From IMG/VR virus record IMGVR_UViG_3300042481_000164, positions 1 to 64,000 of that record: DNA of 64,000 nucleotides; one strand, given 5' to 3'. A program made the position numbers and the translations under genes. A model generated the notes under the pieces. The model was not told where the DNA came from, made no database searches, and was given only the letters and a program-made list of their open reading frames with translations. This document shows positions 29,496-40,294 of this stretch, piece by piece (the stretch's first letter is position 1; the number at the start of each line of letters is the position of its first letter). The DNA comes from a virus. Its lineage: Duplodnaviria; Caudoviricetes.

Positions 29496-32400
29496 ATGAT
29501 TTGTTCACTTAATGAAACTCAACTTTCAGATTTAAGAAAAATAACATATAAAAAACTTTCCGGTCTTAAACCATCGGAAAGTTTTGATCTTGAAGGATTT
29601 ATAAAAGACATTTACAACAGAATTGAAAAAGCTGCAGGTGAAGAAAAAGCATTGCAGTATGCTCAAATCATTCCTCTTACAATTCATTATGTTCAGGGTG
29701 ATGATGAAATAAATAGCATATTAGCTAAAACTGATTTTAATCCTACAGTTATAATGCAGTTGAGAGCAGAATTTAATGACATTGATAATGTTAAAAAATA
29801 TGTAACTGAATTTGTAAGAAAGAAGTCTAAAAAAGAATTACAGGGTGAACTAGAGCATGAAAATTTTCAATTAGATAACATAGATGTTGTAGATCCAGAA
29901 CCTTCTGAATTAGAAAAATTAAGAAAGGCAAAGATTGAGTTTCCTAATGTTACAACATTTCAATATGGTGCTAAGAATGATCCTTCTAAACCAGAAACAC
30001 AAAAAGAAGAAGATGTTGTAACAGAAGATAAAAAAGTTTTTGAAAAGGTTATCAAAAAAATAATAAAAAGCTTTAATGAAAAAACTGCTGATCAAAACAA
30101 TCCTATAATTGATGGCACAGAAGTTTTTTTAAAAATGATGCCTGCAGATCAGTTAGAAGATAAACATAAATTAGCAGATGATAAAACTGAACAAGCTAAA
30201 TCTTTTAAAGGTGTTGTATCAGTTGTCACAGATGCTGAGGGTAATTACTTATACTTTGATGAAGCGGGTAACATAACAGATGAATCTAGAGGTGCTGTTG
30301 TTTATCAATATATTAGAAGACCATATTTATTAGAAGATGATTTAAACCAAAAGAAACCTGCTTTTTTTACAATTACAAAAAGTAGATCTAGTCTAGGTGT
30401 TAGAATATTTAAAAACACATTAGTTGCTGCTGCTAAAGTTGCTGAAAGACTTGGTTTACCTTCTAATATTGTTTTACAACAACAGAAAGAAACAATGAAT
30501 GGTGTTTATAATATGCGCAAGGATATTATAGATAATGGTAATTCATATGTTACACAAATTACTGGTGGTAGTTTTGGTATTGTAAGTTCAACAAGATCAA
30601 AAAGAATTAATAAAGATTTACAAGATACTGTAAAACTTACAAGAGAAAATATTATAGAAAGTAAGATTGTATCAAGTAAAGGTAAAAACACAGGATTTTT
30701 TCAATTTTTTACTAAAATTAATACTGAAAATTTTGGTGAACTTGAAATACCTATCAATATTCAGAGAGGTAACTTTGACCAAACACTTGCTAATAAAGTA
30801 GCTGATGTTATTACTACCAAAGCTACAAACATGGGAGACACACTTTCTGATTCAGAAAGGATTGCTTATTTTGAGTTGTTCTTAAACAATGATAAAAAGA
30901 AAAGTAAGAACAACATTTTCCTAAAGCAAGCACCAGGTGGACCACTTACATTAACAATAAATGATGAAGTAATTCAAGATGAAGCAATTTTCACTACTGA
31001 AACAAGAGATAAAATTGCAGAACACCTACTTAAAGCTATTAAGTATGGTACTGAAAAAACTGGACCAGCTAATGTAACTATAAATAATACTGCTAAAACT
31101 AAACAAACATACACTGATTATGAAATTTCAGGTAATACAATAAAACCTTTTGAAGCAGATTATATTGACTTTCAATTAAAATATGTAAAGCCTCAATTCA
31201 CAGAAGAAATAGCTGGAGCAGTAGCAGGATTTAATCCTTATTTGGGTTATAGTATTCCTGATAAATTTACAGAAGATCCAATTAACTTTTTTGATGTTGC
31301 AACAGATTCTGAAACATTACCAGCTGTTAGAAAAAAATCTACAGTTGAGCAAAATGAAGTTGCTAAAGAAGCTGAAAAAGAAAAAGCTGAAGTTGTTCAG
31401 AAAAAAAGAAATAGTGAAAAGAAAGAAACAGTAGATGAAATACAACAAACATTTACTCATAATTGGCTTAATGATTTAAATGTTACTGTTAAAGGTGAAC
31501 AAAAAACAATCATATCTAAAGATGAAGCTGATGGTTTTAACAGAAGTAAACAACTAGATAATTTCTTAGATAAGGTATTTACTACTAAAGAAGATAAAGC
31601 AAATGCTGAAGCTTGGTGGGCTAATTCTCCTTTAAATAAAAGCAGTAAATGGAATAAGAATTCTAAATTTAAGCATTTAGGATTAATATCATTAAATAGA
31701 ATAACAGAAGTAGTTAACTCAGATGCATTTGCAACATTTACTGGAACTGGTATTACTCTTTATGAAGCTGATGGAGGTACAGCTGTAGATTTGTATCATG
31801 AAGCATGGCACGGATTTTCACAATTATTCCTTACTGAAGAAGAAAAAATTAAACTTTATAATGATGTTAAGTCATATCCTAAATGGGCTAATAAATCTTT
31901 CTTTGATATTGAAGAAGACATAGCTGAAGACTTTAGAGATTATGCAAGAAGCAAAGGTAAAAAAGCTGCACCTAAAGGCTTCTTAGGTAATGTGTTTCAA
32001 AGAATTTATAAGTTTTTGGAAAACATGTTTGGTAAAGTAAGTAAGAAAGATCTTGCTACTAGACCAAGAGACATTGCATCTGTAAAAGAATTGTTTGATA
32101 ACCTATATCAAGCATCTGAAAAACCAGAGTTGTTACAAAACATGCAACCATCTACAGATAACATGATGTTTACTCAATTGAATAGATCAAAAGCAATTGT
32201 TTCTGTAAAAGATGTTGTAGCTAAATATGAACCTTTTGATTCTGCTGAGTCATTAAAAGTTGTAAGCTATTTAGATAGCATGATTCCAGAAATTTTTAAT
32301 GCTGTAAATGAACAAAAGAATACTTCTTCTTCACCAGTAAGAGTATTACAAACTAATGGAAATAGAAAACATTTATACAAAGTTTTAGAAAATAAAATAG

Positions 32401-35400
32401 CTGAAAGAATTGAAGCTTTAAAAACAGATTTTGCAAAAAAAGCTTCTGAAGGTTTAGAAATTAATACTCAAGATTTAAATCAATTACCATTCTTAGCTAA
32501 ATTATTAGATAATTTTGGAGATATAACAAGCAGTGTTGAAGGTAAAGACCAAAAAGGTGCTATTGCTTTTCATATGCAAAACTCTAGATTTAAAATTTTA
32601 GCTAATACATTTGTTGAATTAGAAGAAGATCCAACTGACATAGAACAATCTAGAATTGTAAGACTTGATGGAGGTAATATTTTTTCTTCAAGAGAAGCAG
32701 CAAGTCAAGAGACTAAAACTATTTTGTCTAGTATCTATAAAATAGATAGAAACAAAACAAAAGTTGGTGTAGATGATAATGGAAAACCAACTCTTTCTGT
32801 ACAATATGAAATAGATCCTGAAACAGGATTGTATGTTCTATTGGATGAGAAAGAAATGTGGAGTAAGGTTGCTAAAGTATTAGCAGGTTCTTTTGATAAA
32901 ACTGAAATGTACAAAAGACTTTCAGAAGGTGTAATGGATAACCCAGAGTTTTTACAGTTGTTATCTTATTTACCAAACCCTGAAGATGCTGACTACAAAG
33001 ATAAAGCTGAGTTTGACATTGAAACTAAATTTTGGCAAGACCTTAAAAAACCTAGATTATCATATGTACAATTAAACTTGAACATTACAAAAAGTGCAAC
33101 AGATGTTATATCAGAAGCAAGAGTACAAAGAACTGATTTTGATAGAAGTAAGGTTTTAAAAGATTGGGAGATAAACTTTCTTACTGTTGCTCAATCAGAG
33201 TTTATTGTTGAAAATGAAGCTGGTCAAAGAGTGCTTGATTTAGATAAGCTTGTTAAATATTATAAGAATAATTTAAAACCAAGTAATGTTCTTGAATTCC
33301 TAAATGCATTAGGTATTGTAATGGACACATCTAATCCTACTATTGCAAGTGTTGTAGAAGATCCAAACTTCATGAATAAATTTGCTATAGGGCAGATATA
33401 TGATTCTTTAGAGCAAATCAGTAAAACATATGACAAAGAGAAGTTTAAGTTTTTACGCAACCCTCTTTCTTATTTAAAATCTAGTTTACCTAAAACTTTA
33501 GATCCAGGAAGTAAATTTGACTCTTCATCAAGAATTAAAGAACTTGCTAATATTCAAGTAAGATTTTCTGATAAGTATTCTAACTTTAGTGCTATAAGCC
33601 CTGAAGGAAACAGAGTGTGGGAACATTTTTTAGATAATACTTTTACAAGAATCATGACTTCTTTAAATCATGCAAAGTCTTGGCAAGAACTTACAAATCC
33701 TGATGCTGATCCTAATGGTTTATTTAGACACATGAGATACTTAGCATATGATAATAATACCTATACAAGACATTCTGTATTATTAAAATCATTGTTTAAT
33801 AGCTTGTTGGATGTAAACAATCCTGGTGGTAAAAAAGATAACAGATTAGTTATTCAAAATGTAGCTGGTACACAGTTAATTGATAAAAAAAGTAACAAAT
33901 CAACAGGTGTTTCTACAGCATCAATGGATGCTACAAGTAAATACTTACAAGAGATCCACACTATGTTGATGAATGGTGTAGAAGAGTTCATGAGACATGC
34001 TTCTAAACAAATGTCACAAGGTATTGTATTGCAAAAAGGTATCCGTACTTATGATGGTAAAAAGTCTACAAACTTATATGTGGATCTAGAAAAGTTTTTA
34101 CCAACTAGTACTGATGGTGAGAGATATGCATTTAATATTTTAGCAGGTTACTTATCAGGAGAAGTAAATAGAATTTTCAAATTTAGTTCTGACTTAAAAA
34201 AATATGAACAGTTTACTGGTTATACAAGATCTGTTGAAAGAAAGACTGGTAAAGTTGTAATGGCTGGACAAGCTCTTGCTGCTTTTGAAGATGTACTATC
34301 TAAAGAAACACAAGAAAAGATTTATAAAATAGTAGACAGTGCTGTTAAAAACAAAGAAACTGACTTTGATTTTTCAGACATCTATGAAAATAATCCTACT
34401 CTTACAGTAGAGATAAAAAAAGATGTAGCTAAATATTTTGGTCATATAACTGATGAGTTAAAAAATAGACTTGATCAAACTAAATTTATTGATCCTACTT
34501 TAAGAGCAAGAGTTGATAACAAGGGTGTAGAACTTACTCCTGATGAGTCTGATAGAACATTGCTTAAAGCATATGCTTACAACTCTTGGATTCATAAGTT
34601 TGAGACTGCTATTCTTGGTTATGGAGATTTTGCACAGTATAACCACTCTAAAGAAGAGTTCCATAAAAGAAATGCTGGTTTTGGTTCTGGTGGATTAGGC
34701 TTTGCTTCTGATTTAAAAACAAGAAGTTTTGTAAATAAAATGACAAAACTATTTGATAAAAAAGCACCAAGAAAACCATATGACGGTACTTTAACTACAG
34801 CAATCATAAAAGAAAGAGAAATAGAAAAATCTGTATACTATGATGAGTACTATGATGCTCTTGTAAAAGAATATACTAAAAGATTTGGTGATAAAGCTAA
34901 AGCTGAGGAATTAGCTGAAACAGCATTGAAAGAATACAAAGGTATGAAGATTGGTGATGGTCAAGGTCATATCAGTTTTGAATCTTACAGAATGCTTAAA
35001 AATCTTGAAGGTAATTGGTTACCAGAACAAGAAGAGTTATATAAAAAGTTAGCTAACGGAGAAGATGTATCTACAGAAGATATAGTACATTATTTTCCTC
35101 CATATAAACTACAGTATTGTGGTCCTATGGAAACTACAGGTTTACCACTTACTTCTTTTCATAAATTTTCTCTTGCTCCAATTGTACCAGGTGTAGCTAA
35201 AAAGGGTACACCACTTTATAATTTACATCAAAAAATGATGCTGAATGATATAGACTATGTGTTATTTGAATCAGGGTCAAAAGTAGGTCATTTAGGTAAA
35301 GGTGATGAGGTGTATGATAAGGATGGTAATATTCTGATGAATGTACCATTTACAAAAAATATAGTTTTTACTGACTTCTTAAAAAATCAAACAGAAGTTA

Positions 35401-38400
35401 ACTCTGAATATAAAGGTAAATCTATCTTCTCAACTCAGATGAGAAAGTTAATCTTAGATAACTTATATGAAAATGGTGCTATTAATTCTCCAAATGAAGA
35501 AGATGTAGTTTCTCCATTAGTAAAAAGATATCTTAATAATGTGTCTGATTATACTGAGTTAGTTAAATTAGAGTTACTAGAAGAAATTGGATTTGATGAA
35601 ACTAGTACTGGTGAGTATGTTCCAAGAGATAAAGAAAGCATTGGTAAATTACTGTCTCTTGTAAGAAACAACTTAGATAGAGAAGAATCTTACAGTGATG
35701 AAATGCTTAACTTTATTGATGCCTTAGATAGTGGTCAGTTATTACATGACTTATCATTACATCCAGAAGCATTAAAAATTGAGAAACTTTTATTGTCTCT
35801 GATTAACAAAAGAGTTATCAAACAAAAAGTAAAAGGAGAACCACTTGTACAAGTATCTTCTGCTTTTTATGAAAATAACTTAACAGAATCTCCTAAATTC
35901 AGAAATGCAACAGATGCTGATAAGAAAAAATGGGTTGGTAGCAATTTACTTCCTACATACCATAAGATGGCAGATGGTAAAACTGCAGCAATGAAGGTTA
36001 TGATTGCATTACAGGGGGACTATGCTAACTTGTTAAATCTTGATTATAATGGACAGACTATTGAGACTCTAGATAGATTAAACCAAGCTATCAAAGATGA
36101 TGAATGGTTAGATGCAAATAATGGCGCTAACAGAAAAGCAATAACTCTTGTAGGGGTTAGGATTCCAGTTCAAGGTCTAAACTCTATGGAGTTTATGGAA
36201 GTATATGAATTCTTACCAGCACAAGCAGGTAATATTATTATTCCTCCAGCAGAGATAGTTGCTAAGTCAGGGGGTGACTTTGATATTGATAAACTTACAA
36301 TCTTCATGACTAACATAGATCAGGAAGGTAAGCTTAAATCAAGACTGTTTAACAATACTACAGAGTTAAAGTCTCAGTTAGCTACTATAAAAGGTGATAA
36401 AGAGAAATCAATTACTAAGGTATTTAAACAACAAAAAGCGGGAGTTGAGAATGACTTAATGAATGATATCAAAGAAATACTTGAACTTCCTCAAAATTTT
36501 GGATCCCTTGTTACACCAAATGGAACTTTCCTACTGAAGGATATAGCAGATGATTTAGCAACAGATGTAATGGAATACAATCCATTTAAGAATTACATGA
36601 CTGCTGAAACTAGAGAGCCTAAGAAAAATAAAAAAATAATTAGTGCTACCAGAGTATTAGAACCTTTATATAACTTATATAAACATGAGTCTAATATTGT
36701 TGGTAAGAAAACATTAGGTCTTGGTGCAGTAGAAAATACAATGAATGTATTATTAAACTCAATTGGAGCTTTAATGCCTAAAACATATACTAATTATAAA
36801 GGTATTTCAAGAGATACTAGTTTAGGTTTGAGACACAATACAAGAGAATTTAATAATGAAAAAAGAATTTCTTTATCAAACTTATATGATGTTGACAACA
36901 CTAATAAAATAGCGGATGTATTTTCACAAGCTATGAATGGTTGGGTAGATGTTGAAAAAGATGCATGGATTTTCTTTATCCAGGGTAACTATGAAGTAGC
37001 TCCAACATTATTATATCTTATTAAAGCAGGTGTACCTGTTAAAGAAGCTATTTACTTTGTGTCACAACCATTAGTGAGAGAATATGTAGATGAACAACGC
37101 TTGGCTAAATCAACATTTGGTGATGTATTAGGAAAAACTCCTGAAAACAAAGCCTTGGTTAAATATCAAGCTGCTTCTACAATTATTAATAAGTATTTTG
37201 ATGCTAATGTTGTACCAGCAAAAGGTAAATCTGAAGAAAGATTCAGGGCTGCTACTAATTTGTTTAACAAATTTATGGCTGATAGAAAAGATAAAGTTTT
37301 TACAGAAAAAGAAATGCGTGATTTAATTAGAGATTCTAAAAGAACACCTTCTGAAAAAATGTCTGACTTATCTTTAACTATGTTCATGCACTATTTAGAT
37401 ATTGAAGACCAGATTAAAGGTATCACACAGATTAAAATGAATGCTAATCCTGATACAAATATTAAATCTGTAATATCTGATATTGAAACTTCAGAAGGAA
37501 GATTAGAAAACTTAGAAAACAATCCTGAGTTACAACCTATAATTTCTGCATTAATGAGTGATTCAGTTATCAGCTCATTCTTTAATAATAAACTAGCATT
37601 ATCTTTAGCTGCACCATTATTTAAGTTAAGATATAACAGTGCAATCCGTAAATTTATTAAAGGAAAAGATGATGCGGGTGATTTATTACAAGCTGTTATA
37701 TCAACATTTGGTGAAGCAGGTAGAGATAATTATCTAAACACATTTAGAAATGATTTAGTAACCTATATTTTTCAAAACACACTTGTTAAGACAGATATTA
37801 AAAAAGGTTACATGTCATATGATACAAAAGAATTACCAGCAAAACAAATGGTATCTGATAAATTTGGAGCTTTTGTAAAAACTAATACTGATGGTTCTAA
37901 AACTTTGTTTTACAATCTTGAAAATTTAGAAAAAGAATATCTATCTGAAAAGTGGAAAAACACATCTCAAAAACCTAATTACTATTCTAGCTTAGGTTTA
38001 CATCCTCTTCCAGCAAATACTTTTACAATTGCAAAAGGTCAAAATAGTAAAGCATATGCAAGATTTGTGATGGAAAGAGAATATTTAAGATCAGTGTACC
38101 CTATTGCTGAAACAGGTTTAGACAAAGCAAACTATGAAGAATTTTTAGCAAATAGAGCATTGGATAATACTTTTAATGTTAACCATTTATTCTCTGATCC
38201 TAAAAATGCTTTTGCTATAAGACTGTATGATATAATCTTAACTAATCCTAAGCTTGTAAATAAATTTGATATTTTGTCTAAACTACAACTTGACAACAAC
38301 ACAGAAAACACTATGTTTAATCTTGAGTTAGTTGACCGTGACATTGATAATATCAAAGCAAATATCTATACTAAAAACTTATCTGACTTAGCTAATCCAG

Positions 38401-40292
38401 TTTTGTTAAAATCATTAGCAACTGAATTAAGTTTGAGTGATCAAGAAATAGAAAATATAACAGACATATTCTCAAGACTTCCTTTATTTGCATACTTGCA
38501 ATCAGGTATTAATAAGACTAAAGCTAACTTGGTTCCTTATGTAAGTACAAAACCTTTCTTGGATATTATGGATGATGCTGTAAAAGATTTCACAGGACTA
38601 TTAGCAGACTCTGGTAAAGCTGAAAGAGTATTACAAGATTTCTATGATAAATTTAATACTCAAAACAGTTATGATAACAAAGACAAAAATAGATTCAAAA
38701 ACTATTTTACAGATATTAACTTTGACAAAATAGAATCTAAAGCAGTTACTCCTAAAGTACAAACTCCAACTGAAGGTAAAAAGAAAGAACTTTTTACATT
38801 TGAAAAAGGAATGGAAAAAAAATCATTTAGAGGTAAACCATTAAGCTTTGTAGATAAAATCCCTACTGCTAAAGATACTGTTGTTGCAATGCGTAATAAT
38901 AGAACTACAGGCTTGATCACTATTGATGCAAAAGCAATGGCTCAAAAATTTATTGATAAAGCTTGGACTAAACCTGCTAAACAATTAGATGATAGTTATG
39001 CAAAACCTTTATCAGAAAATGAATTTAAATCTGCTAATGAATTTTTTACATTTGCATTAATACATGAAGTTAAACATGATACTATTTTTAAACAAGAAGG
39101 TGAAAATACCGGTGCTTATGAAGATAGGATTAATCAAGCTGCTCTTGAAGATTTAAGAAAAAACTATAATGCTCAAGTAGAAGCTGAAGCTAAAATAGAC
39201 TTTCAAGAAGAACCAACAAAAGGTTACACAGAAAGAACTAAAAAGAATGCATTAGCTGATGCTACAATTGATTTTGGTTTAAATCAAGAAGGGGAATCTT
39301 GGACTAAAAAAGCTGTAGATAATAACAAAAAGAAATATATTGGAATAAATACTAATAACCTTGCAGTTACACCTGAAATGGTTAGTAAAATAGTTAATGC
39401 TTTAAATAGTGTTAATGCTAAAACATTAAATATAGCTGGTATGGGTATTTATAATATGAAGCAATATACTCAAGAGCAAGTTGATGATTTTACTTATGAT
39501 TTATTAAACCAAGTATTAAACTCATCTGATCTTAAAACTAAAATACAAAGTATCAGAAGTGGTGGTCAAACAGGATTTGATGAAGCTGGTGCAAAAGCAA
39601 GTATGAAATTAGGATTACCAACAATAGTACTTGCACCAAATGGTTGGACATATAGAGATGTAAACAGTAAAGATATTTCAAATAAAGAAAAATTTATTGC
39701 AAGATTTGGACAACCACAAGCTGAGACTGAAGTAGAAACTAAAAACTTGACAACTACTAATGAACCTAATGTGTTTATATTTGATGATAGTAAAACTAAA
39801 ACTGCAGATTACTACAGACAATTAACTAGTGCTAATTCTACAGTAGGTTTTGTATATAATGCAAGTAAACAAGAAATAGAAAAAAATCTTACACTACCAG
39901 AGCAGTCACTTTTAAGATTTGTTTCACCTGATACAGCACTACCATTTATCACAAGTTTGGACACTAATTCTGATAACTTTAGTACTTTAGCATCTGAAAA
40001 TTATCAAAGTATAAAAAACTATTTTGATAGAAAAATTCAAGAGCTTAAAAATGCTAAGGACTCAGGATTCAAAATTGCACTTCCTATAGAAGGAATAGGT
40101 AATGTTAACAAAATGCCTGAAGAATTATTTGTATATTTAAGTAAGAGGTTATTTGAAGAATTAGGTTATCTAAATCCTGGTTCTACAATGTATCAAGACA
40201 TTAAAGAAATATTAAGTAATAAACAAGGTATATCAGATGATGAAATTCTAGCATCATTAGGTTTTGAATCTGATCCTTTTAACTGTGTATAA
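29496..40292 (+). CDS. giant virion-packaged RNA polymerase (crAss/phi14:2 gp66-type) with zincin domains and SLOG domain
   Basis: RIPVQG...AKSGGDFDIDKL (DFDID at ~36276-36290); DGQG motif; HEAWH (~31797) and HEVKH (~39063) zincin motifs; SGGQTGFD SLOG motif (~39558). Confidence 0.85.
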   Translation: MICSLNETQLSDLRKITYKKLSGLKPSESFDLEGFIKDIYNRIEKAAGEEKALQYAQIIPLTIHYVQGDDEINSILAKTDFNPTVIMQLRAEFNDIDNVKKYVTEFVRKKSKKELQGELEHENFQLDNIDVVDPEPSELEKLRKAKIEFPNVTTFQYGAKNDPSKPETQKEEDVVTEDKKVFEKVIKKIIKSFNEKTADQNNPIIDGTEVFLKMMPADQLEDKHKLADDKTEQAKSFKGVVSVVTDAEGNYLYFDEAGNITDESRGAVVYQYIRRPYLLEDDLNQKKPAFFTITKSRSSLGVRIFKNTLVAAAKVAERLGLPSNIVLQQQKETMNGVYNMRKDIIDNGNSYVTQITGGSFGIVSSTRSKRINKDLQDTVKLTRENIIESKIVSSKGKNTGFFQFFTKINTENFGELEIPINIQRGNFDQTLANKVADVITTKATNMGDTLSDSERIAYFELFLNNDKKKSKNNIFLKQAPGGPLTLTINDEVIQDEAIFTTETRDKIAEHLLKAIKYGTEKTGPANVTINNTAKTKQTYTDYEISGNTIKPFEADYIDFQLKYVKPQFTEEIAGAVAGFNPYLGYSIPDKFTEDPINFFDVATDSETLPAVRKKSTVEQNEVAKEAEKEKAEVVQKKRNSEKKETVDEIQQTFTHNWLNDLNVTVKGEQKTIISKDEADGFNRSKQLDNFLDKVFTTKEDKANAEAWWANSPLNKSSKWNKNSKFKHLGLISLNRITEVVNSDAFATFTGTGITLYEADGGTAVDLYHEAWHGFSQLFLTEEEKIKLYNDVKSYPKWANKSFFDIEEDIAEDFRDYARSKGKKAAPKGFLGNVFQRIYKFLENMFGKVSKKDLATRPRDIASVKELFDNLYQASEKPELLQNMQPSTDNMMFTQLNRSKAIVSVKDVVAKYEPFDSAESLKVVSYLDSMIPEIFNAVNEQKNTSSSPVRVLQTNGNRKHLYKVLENKIAERIEALKTDFAKKASEGLEINTQDLNQLPFLAKLLDNFGDITSSVEGKDQKGAIAFHMQNSRFKILANTFVELEEDPTDIEQSRIVRLDGGNIFSSREAASQETKTILSSIYKIDRNKTKVGVDDNGKPTLSVQYEIDPETGLYVLLDEKEMWSKVAKVLAGSFDKTEMYKRLSEGVMDNPEFLQLLSYLPNPEDADYKDKAEFDIETKFWQDLKKPRLSYVQLNLNITKSATDVISEARVQRTDFDRSKVLKDWEINFLTVAQSEFIVENEAGQRVLDLDKLVKYYKNNLKPSNVLEFLNALGIVMDTSNPTIASVVEDPNFMNKFAIGQIYDSLEQISKTYDKEKFKFLRNPLSYLKSSLPKTLDPGSKFDSSSRIKELANIQVRFSDKYSNFSAISPEGNRVWEHFLDNTFTRIMTSLNHAKSWQELTNPDADPNGLFRHMRYLAYDNNTYTRHSVLLKSLFNSLLDVNNPGGKKDNRLVIQNVAGTQLIDKKSNKSTGVSTASMDATSKYLQEIHTMLMNGVEEFMRHASKQMSQGIVLQKGIRTYDGKKSTNLYVDLEKFLPTSTDGERYAFNILAGYLSGEVNRIFKFSSDLKKYEQFTGYTRSVERKTGKVVMAGQALAAFEDVLSKETQEKIYKIVDSAVKNKETDFDFSDIYENNPTLTVEIKKDVAKYFGHITDELKNRLDQTKFIDPTLRARVDNKGVELTPDESDRTLLKAYAYNSWIHKFETAILGYGDFAQYNHSKEEFHKRNAGFGSGGLGFASDLKTRSFVNKMTKLFDKKAPRKPYDGTLTTAIIKEREIEKSVYYDEYYDALVKEYTKRFGDKAKAEELAETALKEYKGMKIGDGQGHISFESYRMLKNLEGNWLPEQEELYKKLANGEDVSTEDIVHYFPPYKLQYCGPMETTGLPLTSFHKFSLAPIVPGVAKKGTPLYNLHQKMMLNDIDYVLFESGSKVGHLGKGDEVYDKDGNILMNVPFTKNIVFTDFLKNQTEVNSEYKGKSIFSTQMRKLILDNLYENGAINSPNEEDVVSPLVKRYLNNVSDYTELVKLELLEEIGFDETSTGEYVPRDKESIGKLLSLVRNNLDREESYSDEMLNFIDALDSGQLLHDLSLHPEALKIEKLLLSLINKRVIKQKVKGEPLVQVSSAFYENNLTESPKFRNATDADKKKWVGSNLLPTYHKMADGKTAAMKVMIALQGDYANLLNLDYNGQTIETLDRLNQAIKDDEWLDANNGANRKAITLVGVRIPVQGLNSMEFMEVYEFLPAQAGNIIIPPAEIVAKSGGDFDIDKLTIFMTNIDQEGKLKSRLFNNTTELKSQLATIKGDKEKSITKVFKQQKAGVENDLMNDIKEILELPQNFGSLVTPNGTFLLKDIADDLATDVMEYNPFKNYMTAETREPKKNKKIISATRVLEPLYNLYKHESNIVGKKTLGLGAVENTMNVLLNSIGALMPKTYTNYKGISRDTSLGLRHNTREFNNEKRISLSNLYDVDNTNKIADVFSQAMNGWVDVEKDAWIFFIQGNYEVAPTLLYLIKAGVPVKEAIYFVSQPLVREYVDEQRLAKSTFGDVLGKTPENKALVKYQAASTIINKYFDANVVPAKGKSEERFRAATNLFNKFMADRKDKVFTEKEMRDLIRDSKRTPSEKMSDLSLTMFMHYLDIEDQIKGITQIKMNANPDTNIKSVISDIETSEGRLENLENNPELQPIISALMSDSVISSFFNNKLALSLAAPLFKLRYNSAIRKFIKGKDDAGDLLQAVISTFGEAGRDNYLNTFRNDLVTYIFQNTLVKTDIKKGYMSYDTKELPAKQMVSDKFGAFVKTNTDGSKTLFYNLENLEKEYLSEKWKNTSQKPNYYSSLGLHPLPANTFTIAKGQNSKAYARFVMEREYLRSVYPIAETGLDKANYEEFLANRALDNTFNVNHLFSDPKNAFAIRLYDIILTNPKLVNKFDILSKLQLDNNTENTMFNLELVDRDIDNIKANIYTKNLSDLANPVLLKSLATELSLSDQEIENITDIFSRLPLFAYLQSGINKTKANLVPYVSTKPFLDIMDDAVKDFTGLLADSGKAERVLQDFYDKFNTQNSYDNKDKNRFKNYFTDINFDKIESKAVTPKVQTPTEGKKKELFTFEKGMEKKSFRGKPLSFVDKIPTAKDTVVAMRNNRTTGLITIDAKAMAQKFIDKAWTKPAKQLDDSYAKPLSENEFKSANEFFTFALIHEVKHDTIFKQEGENTGAYEDRINQAALEDLRKNYNAQVEAEAKIDFQEEPTKGYTERTKKNALADATIDFGLNQEGESWTKKAVDNNKKKYIGINTNNLAVTPEMVSKIVNALNSVNAKTLNIAGMGIYNMKQYTQEQVDDFTYDLLNQVLNSSDLKTKIQSIRSGGQTGFDEAGAKASMKLGLPTIVLAPNGWTYRDVNSKDISNKEKFIARFGQPQAETEVETKNLTTTNEPNVFIFDDSKTKTADYYRQLTSANSTVGFVYNASKQEIEKNLTLPEQSLLRFVSPDTALPFITSLDTNSDNFSTLASENYQSIKNYFDRKIQELKNAKDSGFKIALPIEGIGNVNKMPEELFVYLSKRLFEELGYLNPGSTMYQDIKEILSNKQGISDDEILASLGFESDPFNCV

Positions 40293-40294
40293 AA

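Noticed and set aside
36276-36290. DFDID instead of DFDGD as a novel or inactive RNAP site
   Set aside because: This variant is already known for crAss-like virion RNAPs.
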